A stretch of 64,000 bases of DNA, taken from Eubacteriales bacterium (GTDB lineage Bacteria > Bacillota > Clostridia > Oscillospirales > CAG-272). This document shows, in pieces, positions 32,774-41,533 of this stretch. The notes beneath the pieces were generated by a model. That model did no database searches. It was not told the DNA's origin and saw only the letters and a program-made list of their open reading frames with translations. Every line of letters starts with the position of its first letter. Position 1 is the first letter of the stretch. Made by a program: the position numbers and the translations under genes. The stretch is from positions 25,293 to 89,292 of the forward strand of contig JBGVFH010000071.1 in NCBI GenBank assembly GCA_045120955.1, written 5' to 3'.

Positions 32774-32865
32774 TTTCTTGCTTAATGATACAGCGGAATA
32801 GTGTTTCCGCATAGCACTTTTGATTTAAAATTTAAAAAATATAATTATTTTGGAGGATATTAAAA

Positions 32866-34071
32866 ATGGCAAAAGCTAAATTTGAAAGAAACAAACCCCA
32901 TGTTAATATCGGTACCATCGGACACGTTGACCACGGTAAGACAACTCTTACTGCTGCAATCACAAAGTTCCTCTCTCTCGGTGATGAAAACATCGAATTC
33001 ATGGCATATGACCAGATCGATAACGCTCCCGAAGAAAGAGCAAGAGGTATCACGATCAACACCAGACACGTTGAGTACACAACTGAAGCAAGACACTATG
33101 CACACGTTGACTGCCCCGGACACGCTGACTATGTAAAGAACATGATTACAGGTGCAGCTCAGATGGACGGCGCTATTCTCGTTGTTGCAGGTACAGACGG
33201 ACCTCTTCAGCAGACTCGTGAGCACGTTCTTCTTGCTCGTCAGGTTGGCGTTCCCGCAATCGTTGTTTTCATGAACAAGTGCGATATCGTTGACGACCCC
33301 GAGCTTCTCGACCTCGTTGAGATGGAGATCCGTGACCTTCTTTCTCAGTATGACTTCCCGGGCGATGATATTCCGATCATCCGCGGTTCTGCTCGTGAGG
33401 CTCTCACTTCTGAGAGCAGAGATGCAAACGATGCAGTTTATGCTCCTATCAAGGAACTCATGGACGCTGTTGACAGCTACATTCCTACTCCTGATAGAAA
33501 AGCTGACCTCGACTTCCTTATGCCCGTTGAGGACGTATTCTCAATTTCCGGCCGTGGTACTGTTGCTACAGGTAGAGTTGAGCGTGGTACTGTTAAGATG
33601 GGTGACGTTGTTGAAATCATCGGTCTTACCACTGAGAGAAAGCAGACAACAATCACAGGTCTTGAAATGTTCCACAAGCTCCTTGACTCCGCTGAAGCAG
33701 GTGACAACGTTGGTGCACTCCTTCGTGGTGTTGCTAAGAACGAGATCGAGCGTGGACAGGTTCTCTGCAAGCCCGGTTCTGTAAACCCCCACACAAAGTT
33801 CATGGGTCAGGTTTACGTTCTTACTGAAAAAGAGGGTGGACGTCAGAAGCCCTTCTTCTCAGGCTACAGACCCCAGTTCTACTTCAGAACAACAGACGTT
33901 ACAGGTACTATCAAACTTCCTGAAGGTGTTGAGATGTGCCGCCCCGGCGACAACGTAAACATGGATGTTGAGCTTATCACTCCTATCGCTGTTGAAAAGG
34001 GACTTCGTTTTGCTATCCGTGAGGGTGGTAGAACAGTTGGTTCAGGCGTTGTTTCTGAAATCTACGAATAA
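32866..34071 (+). CDS. tuf: elongation factor Tu
   Basis: [27 protein letters not shown] motifs; 401 aa. Confidence 0.95.
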   Translation: MAKAKFERNKPHVNIGTIGHVDHGKTTLTAAITKFLSLGDENIEFMAYDQIDNAPEERARGITINTRHVEYTTEARHYAHVDCPGHADYVKNMITGAAQMDGAILVVAGTDGPLQQTREHVLLARQVGVPAIVVFMNKCDIVDDPELLDLVEMEIRDLLSQYDFPGDDIPIIRGSAREALTSESRDANDAVYAPIKELMDAVDSYIPTPDRKADLDFLMPVEDVFSISGRGTVATGRVERGTVKMGDVVEIIGLTTERKQTTITGLEMFHKLLDSAEAGDNVGALLRGVAKNEIERGQVLCKPGSVNPHTKFMGQVYVLTEKEGGRQKPFFSGYRPQFYFRTTDVTGTIKLPEGVEMCRPGDNVNMDVELITPIAVEKGLRFAIREGGRTVGSGVVSEIYE

Positions 34072-34108
34072 TCTTAACGGAGCATTTCGTTAATCTAGTT
34101 ATGTCGGA

Positions 34109-34137
34109 CGGGAGGCTCGCAAGAGTCTCCCGTTTTA
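34109..34137 (+). terminator. rho-independent terminator of the str operon
   Basis: cgggaggctc/gagtctcccg stem (one mismatch) followed by TTTT. Confidence 0.6.
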
Positions 34138-34214
34138 CATAATTTATCTTACATTCTTAAATTTATGCTGCGGCAAAAACGGTTGCCGCATATATTACAG
34201 TAATAATCTAAAAA

Positions 34215-34345
34215 ATATCTTTGGGGAATGGTGAAATTCCATACCGGCGGTAAGTGCGATGCACAAGCCCGCGAACGCCATATGGCGCCGAACAGGTGAA
34301 ATTCCTGTGCCGACGGTAAAGTCCGGATGAGAAAAGGTAAAAACA
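34215..34345 (+). ncRNA. FMN riboswitch (RFN element)
   Basis: Matches RFN core blocks: GGTGAAATTCC...CCGGCGGTAA...AGCCCGCGA...GCCGACGGTAAAGTCCGGATGAGAAAAGG (compare B. subtilis ribD leader GCCGACAGTGAAAGTCTGGATGGGAGAAGG); followed by an intrinsic terminator and an ECF riboflavin S-component gene. Confidence 0.85.
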
Positions 34346-34354
34346 TATTTTTGT

Positions 34355-34386
34355 GTTCCTCATCAATTCGAGGAACTTTTTGTTTT
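34355..34386 (+). terminator. FMN-riboswitch expression-platform terminator
   Basis: gttcctc/gaggaac stem followed by tttttgtttt. Confidence 0.7.
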
Positions 34387-34476
34387 AAAAACAAATCATG
34401 GGATGTTTTACTCCCGAATATGCGTATTTTACTTCCCCTCCGATAGCGAAAGCTTAATTAATGGAGGAAAATGATA

Positions 34477-35073
34477 ATGGAAAAATCAAACAAAAAAATA
34501 AAACAGTGTGTACTTATAGCATTTTTTTCGGCAATCGGATTTATACTGATGTTTATTGATATGTCCGTGCCGATAGTTCCGAGCTTTTTGAAATTTGACA
34601 TATCCGAATTGCCCGCACTTTTGATGTCATTTATCTACGGACCTGTCAGCGGTATAGCTGTGTGTCTCTTGAAAAACGCACTTCATCTTACGATAACGTC
34701 AACGGGCGGAGTAGGGGAACTGTCAAACTTTATTCTCGGTGCCGTATTTTGCATTGTTGCAGGTTTTATTTATAAATATAAACGGACAAGAGCAGGCGCA
34801 ATTATAGGCATGCTTGTCGGTTCTGCCGTAATGGGAGGTATTTGTTTTTTTACAAATCTCTATATTATGTACCCGTTTTATTATAACATCATTCCAAAAG
34901 AAGCGATACTCGGTATGTGTCAGGCGATATTGCCTTCGATAGATAGTATAGAAAAATCACTGTTGGTGTTCAACGTACCGTTTACGTTTGCAAAAGGTGT
35001 AATATGCTCGCTTGTAACCTTGCTTGCATATAAAAAACTCAAAAAAGCACTTAAAATTGAAAGTAAAAGATAA
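34477..35073 (+). CDS. ribU: ECF transporter S component, riboflavin-specific (RibU/FmnP-like); start chosen at second ATG for RBS spacing
   Basis: About 195 aa, 5–6 TM; ECF S-component fold; sits directly behind an FMN riboswitch; GGAGG lies 9 nt upstream of the ATG at 34477. Confidence 0.7.
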   Translation: MEKSNKKIKQCVLIAFFSAIGFILMFIDMSVPIVPSFLKFDISELPALLMSFIYGPVSGIAVCLLKNALHLTITSTGGVGELSNFILGAVFCIVAGFIYKYKRTRAGAIIGMLVGSAVMGGICFFTNLYIMYPFYYNIIPKEAILGMCQAILPSIDSIEKSLLVFNVPFTFAKGVICSLVTLLAYKKLKKALKIESKR

Positions 35074-35096
35074 ATACATAAATTGTATGAAACACA

Positions 35097-35133
35097 CGGG
35101 AAGAAACCTTGCAGGAGTTTCTTCCCGTTTTCG
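35097..35133 (+). terminator. rho-independent terminator after ribU
   Basis: 11-bp stem cgggaagaaac/gtttcttcccg followed by ttttcg. Confidence 0.7.
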
Positions 35134-35288
35134 TATATACGCAACCCCAACAAACCTCCTGCATGACCTTAAGCGCTTGCCTATAATATACCACCTTGAG
35201 GTTCGCTTAAACACGGATATAAAAATGTACACAATGCACAAAACTACGCTTTAAAATTGTGCAATAATAGAAGTTATGCAAAACCTAT

Positions 35289-35317
35289 TGACGGTCACGC
35301 GACCGTGTGTTATAATC
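35289..35317 (+). promoter_or_regulatory. consensus sigma-70 promoter with embedded 6-4-6 palindrome (candidate operator)
   Basis: TTGACG, 17 nt spacer, TATAAT; palindrome ACGGTCacgcGACCGT overlaps the -35 element and spacer. Confidence 0.6.
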
Positions 35318-35416
35318 AAACTACGATAAGAAGAGAGATGAGGTTAGGACCAAGACCCACTTCGAAATCGAACGGCGAAAGCTGTATACCTATTAAAAGA
35401 GGGAGGTGCAAACGAT

Positions 35417-35965
35417 GTGAATATTTTACCTGGTACTCTTATAGAAACCGGTAAACTGTCCGACGGGGATAGCCGAAAGATATTTGACAATATCTTTTCG
35501 TGCGGAGGACTTATGCTTTCTCAGGTATGCAACATGACAGGGCTTGAGCCTTATACGGTTCAAAACTGGGTAAAGCGCAGATATGTTACAAATCCCAGAG
35601 GACGAATGTACTCGCAAGATCAGTTTTCACGCATCGTACTGATAAATATGTTAAAGGAATCCTTGCATCTTGATATGATCGAGAGGCTGCTTTCCTATAT
35701 AAACGGGCATCTTGATGATAACAGCGATGATCTGATCACTGATTCAGAGCTTTATCATATGTTTGTGTCCTTGCTTGTAAAAATGGGTTCGCAATATGAT
35801 TGCACGCAGGCGCAGCGGATCTCAGAGGAAATAACGCAAAGCTACAGCGAGCCTGTCGCAGGCGCAAGAAAACGCCTCGTAAAGGTGCTTGTTATAATGG
35901 CGCAAACATATTTCTCGGCAGAGCTGAGACGCGGCGCTGAGATGCTGATGAACGAGCTTAGCTGA
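35417..35965 (+). CDS. hypothetical protein, possible DUF1836-like / MerR-like HTH protein (GTG start)
   Basis: GGAGG 9 nt upstream of GTG; HTH-like segment LSQVCNMTGLEPYTVQNWVKRRYV. Confidence 0.45.
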   Translation: MNILPGTLIETGKLSDGDSRKIFDNIFSCGGLMLSQVCNMTGLEPYTVQNWVKRRYVTNPRGRMYSQDQFSRIVLINMLKESLHLDMIERLLSYINGHLDDNSDDLITDSELYHMFVSLLVKMGSQYDCTQAQRISEEITQSYSEPVAGARKRLVKVLVIMAQTYFSAELRRGAEMLMNELS

Positions 35966-36001
35966 TTTGTTCCACTTATTGTATTATGGAGGTTGATATT
36001 T

Positions 36002-36652
36002 ATGCAGGCATGGTGGGATGCTCTTGACGTCTTGGGCAAAATATTTGCACTTATCGCTATTCCCTCGACGCTTATTTTAGTAGTGCAGACTATACTTATG
36101 TTTCTCGGACTCGGAGGTGACGGCGGAGCTGATGCCGTAGGGGAGGATATACCGTCAGAAATGCCGGATACTGATGTCCCCGGCGGAATTTTCGGAGATG
36201 ACGTACCGGGAGGAACCGATATTGACGGAGATGTTTCAGAGGAGCCGGGACTTAAGATATTGTCGTTTCGAACGATAGTAGCTTTCCTTGCGGTTTTTGG
36301 TTGGGTAGGCATTGAACTGCTCAAGCTCGGAGCGGGCAGCGCTATAGCTATTACGGTCGGAATTGCAGCGGGGATCATTATCATGGTAGTTATGGCTCTG
36401 CTGATAAGGGAGCTGTTTAAGCTGCAATCAAACGGAAACGTCGATATGAGAAACGCTGTCGGTGCATCGGGAACAGCCTATATTCCGATACCCGCCCAAA
36501 GAAGTGGAAAGGGAAAGGTTACCGTTACATTTCAAAACACATCTTGTGAATGTGATGCGGTAACGGACGAGAAGGAGGACATACCGTCATACAGCGAGGT
36601 GCTCGTAATAGGCATCAGCGGCAAGGATACTCTCGTAGTTAAGAAAAAATAA
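36002..36652 (+). CDS. NfeD-like membrane protein (short form; C-terminal OB-fold domain)
   Basis: N-terminal TM, acidic Pro/Gly/Asp-rich linker, second TM pair, C-terminal beta domain (GKGKVTVTF...VLVIGISGKDTLVVKK); lies upstream of the flotillin gene. Confidence 0.6.
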   Translation: MQAWWDALDVLGKIFALIAIPSTLILVVQTILMFLGLGGDGGADAVGEDIPSEMPDTDVPGGIFGDDVPGGTDIDGDVSEEPGLKILSFRTIVAFLAVFGWVGIELLKLGAGSAIAITVGIAAGIIIMVVMALLIRELFKLQSNGNVDMRNAVGASGTAYIPIPAQRSGKGKVTVTFQNTSCECDAVTDEKEDIPSYSEVLVIGISGKDTLVVKKK

Positions 36653-36675
36653 AGAGCACGGGAGTGGATTTGCAA

Positions 36676-37305
36676 ATGACAGAAGAAAAATACAAAGTAT
36701 CGGATTTTATTTATGATTCGATGAAAAGCCTCAGACCGTATCTGCTGTTTAATGCGGCGGGCTATGTTGCATATGCGTTTACCGTCGGTCATATCATGTT
36801 GGATGAACAAGTATCGGTTGAAGCAAAAAACAGATATTTGTGCTTTTATTCCGCCGCTATGTTAGCTGCATTTTTGGCTGTTTTGTGCAGTCTTGCAAAG
36901 AATAATATAGCTCGGAAAACTGCTCTGATAAAAGCGTCAAGAGCGGATGATTTTGATGCAAAAGCGTATTATAAGAATACGGTCATAAGAAATATCTTAC
37001 CGCTTTTTTGCGCAGGAATAGTTATACTTTTGCCATTTGCGATATTTTATATGCGTTGCGGCTACGGATATGAAAATTCGCTTGGAATTGAGAGGCTGTT
37101 TGCGGCAAATATGCTCTTTATGATACCGCTCGGCGGTATTTTGGGAGTGATAGTGCAAAACATTCTTTTCTCGGGTGTGTATTCTCTGTATCTGTATAAA
37201 CTGCAATGCCGTGAGCTTGCCGACAGAATGTGGCTCAAGGATGCGCCAAAGCAGGAAAAGGTCGAGCTTAAGCCGCTGAAAAAGGATAATTACAAAAATT
37301 ATTAA
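36676..37305 (+). CDS. hypothetical 4-TM membrane protein inserted between NfeD-like and flotillin genes (alt GTG start 36664)
   Basis: Four hydrophobic helices; no recognisable motif. Confidence 0.45.
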   Translation: MTEEKYKVSDFIYDSMKSLRPYLLFNAAGYVAYAFTVGHIMLDEQVSVEAKNRYLCFYSAAMLAAFLAVLCSLAKNNIARKTALIKASRADDFDAKAYYKNTVIRNILPLFCAGIVILLPFAIFYMRCGYGYENSLGIERLFAANMLFMIPLGGILGVIVQNILFSGVYSLYLYKLQCRELADRMWLKDAPKQEKVELKPLKKDNYKNY

Positions 37306-37350
37306 AAGATTTTTTAATAATATATTAGGACATCAAAGGAGGAAATTGTT

Positions 37351-38775
37351 ATGGGTCCAATTATTATTTCATGTGTAGTCGCACTTGTCATCTTGATGAT
37401 AATCATTTGGTTTTTTGCGCACTACAAACGCTGTCCTTCCGATAAGGTAATGGTTATTTACGGTAATATCGGTAAGAACAAAGACGGCACGAACAGAAGT
37501 GCAAAATGTATTCACGGCGGAGCTACGTTCATCTGGCCCGTGGTCCAGTCTTATGCATTCCTTGATCTTACACCTATATCCATTCAGGTCGATCTGAGAA
37601 ATGCACTTTCACGCCAAAACATTCGTATTGATGTACCGTCCCGCTTTACCGTAGGTATCTCAACTGAGCAGGGAATCATGCAAAATGCCGCTGAACGGCT
37701 GCTCGGACTTAAGCTCTCCGAAATTCAGGAGCTTTCAAAGGATATCATCTTCGGTCAGCTTCGACTTATCATAGCAACGATGGATATCGAAGAGATAAAC
37801 ACAGACAGAGACAAGTTCCTAGTAGCTGTCAGCCGTAATGTTGAGACAGAACTGAAAAAGATCGGTCTTCGCCTCATCAACGTAAACGTAACCGATATTA
37901 CGGATGAATCGGGATATATTACAGCCCTCGGTAAAGAGGCAGCGGCTAAGGCTATCAACGATGCAAAAAAGAGCGTTGCAGAAAAGGACCGTGACGGTTC
38001 GGTAGGTGAGGCGCAGGCACGCATGGATCAGCGTATCAAGGTGTCTGAGGCTGACTCCGTAGCTATCAAGGGTGAAAACGAAGCAAAAATGCAGATCGCA
38101 ATGTCAGAGGCAGCACTTCGTGAGAAGGAAGCAGAGGCTATGAGAATTGCAACATCTGCAGAAAAGATACAGGCGGCTCGTGCCCTTGAAGAGGCGTATG
38201 CCGCAGAAAAAGAAGCAGAGGATGCAAGACGCACCAAGGAACAGGCAACTCTTGAGGCAGACGTTATCGTAAAAGCAGAGATAAGAAAGCGTGAGCTCGA
38301 GCTTGCTGCAGAGGCAGAGGCAGAGCAGATAAGACGCAAGGCACAGGGTGAGGCTGATGCTGTATATGCAAAAATGGTGGCTGAGGCGAAAGGTATCGAG
38401 GAGATGCTGCGCAAGCAGGCTGCAGGTTTTGCGGAAATAGTGCAGAGTGCAGGAGGAGATCCGAATGCCGCACTCAAGCTCATGATAGCAGATAAGCTGG
38501 AAGTGCTCATGCGTGTTCAGGTGGATGCTATCAAGAACATAAAGATAGACAAGGTTACTGTCTGGGATAAGGGAACTGGTGCTGACGGTAAAAACTCGAC
38601 AGCAGACTTTATCTCGGGACTTATGAAGAGCGTCCCCCCGCTTGATGAGGTGTTCGGCATGGCAGGACTTTCTCTTCCCGAAATGCTCGGAAAGAAGCAG
38701 GAAGAGCAGGTAGAAGAGCCAAAGTCAGATGCTCCCATCGAAACCACAGCGTCGTCAGAGACAGAGGAAAACTAA
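37351..38775 (+). CDS. flotillin-like SPFH/band-7 protein (FloT/YuaG-type)
   Basis: N-terminal TM, SPFH domain, long Ala/Glu-rich coiled-coil flotillin repeats, C-terminal domain. Confidence 0.85.
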   Translation: MGPIIISCVVALVILMIIIWFFAHYKRCPSDKVMVIYGNIGKNKDGTNRSAKCIHGGATFIWPVVQSYAFLDLTPISIQVDLRNALSRQNIRIDVPSRFTVGISTEQGIMQNAAERLLGLKLSEIQELSKDIIFGQLRLIIATMDIEEINTDRDKFLVAVSRNVETELKKIGLRLINVNVTDITDESGYITALGKEAAAKAINDAKKSVAEKDRDGSVGEAQARMDQRIKVSEADSVAIKGENEAKMQIAMSEAALREKEAEAMRIATSAEKIQAARALEEAYAAEKEAEDARRTKEQATLEADVIVKAEIRKRELELAAEAEAEQIRRKAQGEADAVYAKMVAEAKGIEEMLRKQAAGFAEIVQSAGGDPNAALKLMIADKLEVLMRVQVDAIKNIKIDKVTVWDKGTGADGKNSTADFISGLMKSVPPLDEVFGMAGLSLPEMLGKKQEEQVEEPKSDAPIETTASSETEEN

Positions 38776-38790
38776 ACAACTAAACGCAGT

Positions 38791-38830
38791 TTATCCGATG
38801 CAGGTATGCTCCATATTCTGCATCGGATAA
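38791..38830 (+). terminator. strong stem-loop after flotillin gene (possible terminator or processing site; weak U-tract)
   Basis: 13-bp perfect stem ttatccgatgcag/ctgcatcggataa. Confidence 0.4.
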
Positions 38831-38852
38831 AAATTATGAGGAGAGCAGCGTC

Positions 38853-40034
38853 GTGAACAGATCGTTGAAGATACTTTTGAATGTAACGGAATGTATAGCT
38901 TCCACTGTGATATATATATTTATTACAGCTTTTTTGTACGCACTTAAACCTACAGAGGAGGCGGCATCAGATACATACCGCTTTAATATTTCACCGTATC
39001 TGAGCTTTTTGATAACGTTTTTTGCACTTTGTTCGCTTGTTCGTTTCTCATTTCTCTTTGACAAAGAAATGAAAGAAAAATTCGCCTCGGACGGTGACGG
39101 ACTTTATACATACCGTGAGCATTTTCGTTTTTTGCTCGGTTTTGAAAAAACATGGATAGGACTTGTGTTTTCTGCTGTATTGTATTTGTGCTTGCCGCTT
39201 GAAATTTTGAGTATTCCGTTGTTTTACGGGACAGAACCAAGCATAGTTATCAAGCTCGCACTCTTTCCCCTTTATATGTGTATTGTCTTTGCCGTGCTGT
39301 TTTGGTCGTCTCGCTCTGCTGCACAATTCTGGTATGATGATTCTCGGCGTATAAAAACAAAAAAATTTTATACCGCTTCCAACCGTATCCGTAAGACCGT
39401 TATGCTGATAATTTCATATTCTGTCGGCGGCGCATTGTTTGTGTATCTGGGGCACAGGGTTAGTCTCGCAGTAATGACAAATTCTTATTTGATATCAAGA
39501 AAAGCTATTTGGGCTGTGTTACTTTTCATAGTATTTATAGTAGTTATTCCCGCACTTTACCGTCAGACAGGCTCTATACTGAAGCGAAAGAAATTTATAA
39601 AGAATTTGAAAAAAGTATGTGCGGAGCACCGTTGCTCGCTCTCAGAGATAAAGCGTCCGTACCGCTCGCTTTTTAAGCTGACTCACGGTTATGACTTCGA
39701 CTTTGAACTAAACGGCACAAAATATGCGTGCAAGCTTCTGTACACCAAACACCGCCTGCGTCCGATCACTTTTTTTGAGAACGGAATGGCGGCACATGAA
39801 AACATCATAAAAGTAAAAAAGACAGAGCTGTTTCGAGTCAGATCGTGGTTTGAATACGGCTTTGATGCGGATGCGAAAAAGCTTTTGATAATCAATCCCA
39901 TCCCCAAGACCGTGAACGTGAGCGAAAACGGAAAGACAGCCCTTATCGACAATGGCGACAGAGTAGGCGAATACAAGATCTACTCAGCTACTGCACTTGT
40001 CAACGCCATCGACAGAAATACACTCGAGAGATAA
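38853..40034 (+). CDS. hypothetical 6-TM membrane protein with about 150-aa C-terminal soluble domain ending in repeat module X (GTG start)
   Basis: GGAGAG RBS 9 nt before GTG; six TM helices; the C-terminal 47 aa are encoded by a 131-nt segment about 98% identical to 41318..41448. Confidence 0.6.
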   Translation: MNRSLKILLNVTECIASTVIYIFITAFLYALKPTEEAASDTYRFNISPYLSFLITFFALCSLVRFSFLFDKEMKEKFASDGDGLYTYREHFRFLLGFEKTWIGLVFSAVLYLCLPLEILSIPLFYGTEPSIVIKLALFPLYMCIVFAVLFWSSRSAAQFWYDDSRRIKTKKFYTASNRIRKTVMLIISYSVGGALFVYLGHRVSLAVMTNSYLISRKAIWAVLLFIVFIVVIPALYRQTGSILKRKKFIKNLKKVCAEHRCSLSEIKRPYRSLFKLTHGYDFDFELNGTKYACKLLYTKHRLRPITFFENGMAAHENIIKVKKTELFRVRSWFEYGFDADAKKLLIINPIPKTVNVSENGKTALIDNGDRVGEYKIYSATALVNAIDRNTLER

Positions 40035-40079
40035 TGACAGGAGACATGAGACAATGAACGAAAAAAAGACGAAAGAGAA

Positions 40080-40322
40080 GTGCTGACATACGATTACGTC
40101 ACGGCTTATTTGCGAAGAAAAGTAAAAGAAGAAATTGTCTCAGTAATAATTGCGTCTGTGGCGGCTGTGTTTTGCTTTGCTTTTACTTTTATTGTCGGGA
40201 CTATCATTATATCGCGAGAACCTACTATCGTTTCGGTTTTTTATAGTATTTTGTTTATTGTTATACTCAGGATGTATTGCCTTATGCTATATAAAGCTAT
40301 GGATACCTATCTGCAAAAATGA
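40080..40322 (+). CDS. small 2-TM membrane protein (GTG start; an A7 run just upstream could extend the ORF to the ATG at 40054 by a +1A slip)
   Basis: 80 aa, two hydrophobic helices; A7 homopolymer at 40061..40067 separates it from an in-phase ATG plus RBS. Confidence 0.45.
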   Translation: MLTYDYVTAYLRRKVKEEIVSVIIASVAAVFCFAFTFIVGTIIISREPTIVSVFYSILFIVILRMYCLMLYKAMDTYLQK

Positions 40323-40596
40323 TCATGAACCGTGACGGATATTTTAAGGTTATAGAGGATACCGTAGTGCAAATAGGACCGAGCGAGCGCACAGGAAGAT
40401 ACAACCGGATATATCCGATATATTTTAAGGAAAACGGAAAAGCCATATGCAATACACAAAGATGGTATAAATATCTCTCTTAGGAAAGCAAGTGCATTCT
40501 TATTGTGTACGATAAAGATTACTATGCATTTAAATGTAATATTGTAGCGGTGTATCCGTCGATTATGTACAGATACGAACAATAAAGGAGAAGCTT

Positions 40597-41187
40597 ATGT
40601 CCGAGTACAGAATATCAAACTCAATGTACAAAAGAATCAAGGAGAGAAAAATCAGGCTCTACCTCTGGCTTGGAGTATGTGCAGTTATCGAGATCTTTAT
40701 TATTCTCTTGTGTATATATTGCGGCAGAGACGGAATGATTCTTTGCTGTCTGCTTGAGCCTGTATTTCTGTATCTTGTGTGGCGTTATCTCCGTCATAAT
40801 ATCAGAACCTTGTTTTTAAAGAATAAAACTGGTGTGCTCGAGAGGAAAATTTCCGATCGATGTGTCAACAGAAAGGGTGTTATCTCGGGTAACGCTTACG
40901 GTGGATGGAAAAGGGAAGTTGAGTATCTGCTAATTATAAGAACAGATAATAAAGAATACAGAATAGAGCTTCCCACAAAGGATTCATACCTTGCCTACAA
41001 CGAGGGAGATGTGGTGCTATTTGCAGAATTTATGCCTTATCCTATCGTTACGAGCAGGACTCCATCACTGGCTGTGTGCCCTCAGTGCGCATCCCTTCTT
41101 CACTACGAGGACGGCGCGTGTCACAGGTGCGGTCTTGAGGATATATATCCCGATTTTTGCAAAACTCCGAAATGGGAGAGAAAGTGA
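40597..41187 (+). CDS. hypothetical membrane protein with C-terminal zinc ribbon
   Basis: Two N-terminal TM helices, beta-rich middle domain, CPQC...CHRC zinc-ribbon motif; good RBS (aaaggagaag). Confidence 0.55.
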   Translation: MSEYRISNSMYKRIKERKIRLYLWLGVCAVIEIFIILLCIYCGRDGMILCCLLEPVFLYLVWRYLRHNIRTLFLKNKTGVLERKISDRCVNRKGVISGNAYGGWKREVEYLLIIRTDNKEYRIELPTKDSYLAYNEGDVVLFAEFMPYPIVTSRTPSLAVCPQCASLLHYEDGACHRCGLEDIYPDFCKTPKWERK

Positions 41188-41196
41188 GGAAATAAA

Positions 41197-41469
41197 TTGA
41201 AATATCAAACAAGAGAACCCCTGGCGAGAAAGAACATTTACAATGAACTCGTACATGGATTTAATTTTGATATTGCGGGTGGTTGTATTACATCGATTGT
41301 TATCTCAGCTATGATGATTTTGATAATCAATCCCATCCCCAAGACCGTGAACGTGAGCGAAAATGGAAAGACAGCCCTTATCGACAATGGCGACAGAGTA
41401 GGCGAATACAAGATCTACTCAGCTACCGCACTTGTCAACGCCATCGACCGCAACTGCCTCGACAGATAG
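41197..41469 (+). CDS. small protein carrying repeat module X at its C-terminus (TTG start, translationally coupled to upstream gene)
   Basis: gaggaa RBS overlaps the upstream stop; C-terminal 47 aa near-identical to the C-terminus of the 38853..40034 product. Confidence 0.45.
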   Translation: MKYQTREPLARKNIYNELVHGFNFDIAGGCITSIVISAMMILIINPIPKTVNVSENGKTALIDNGDRVGEYKIYSATALVNAIDRNCLDR

Positions 41470-41533
41470 TCGGTACAAGGCACAAAACGATGTCTGCCAC
41501 ATCTATCCCATTATTCATCAAAGGAGAAACACC

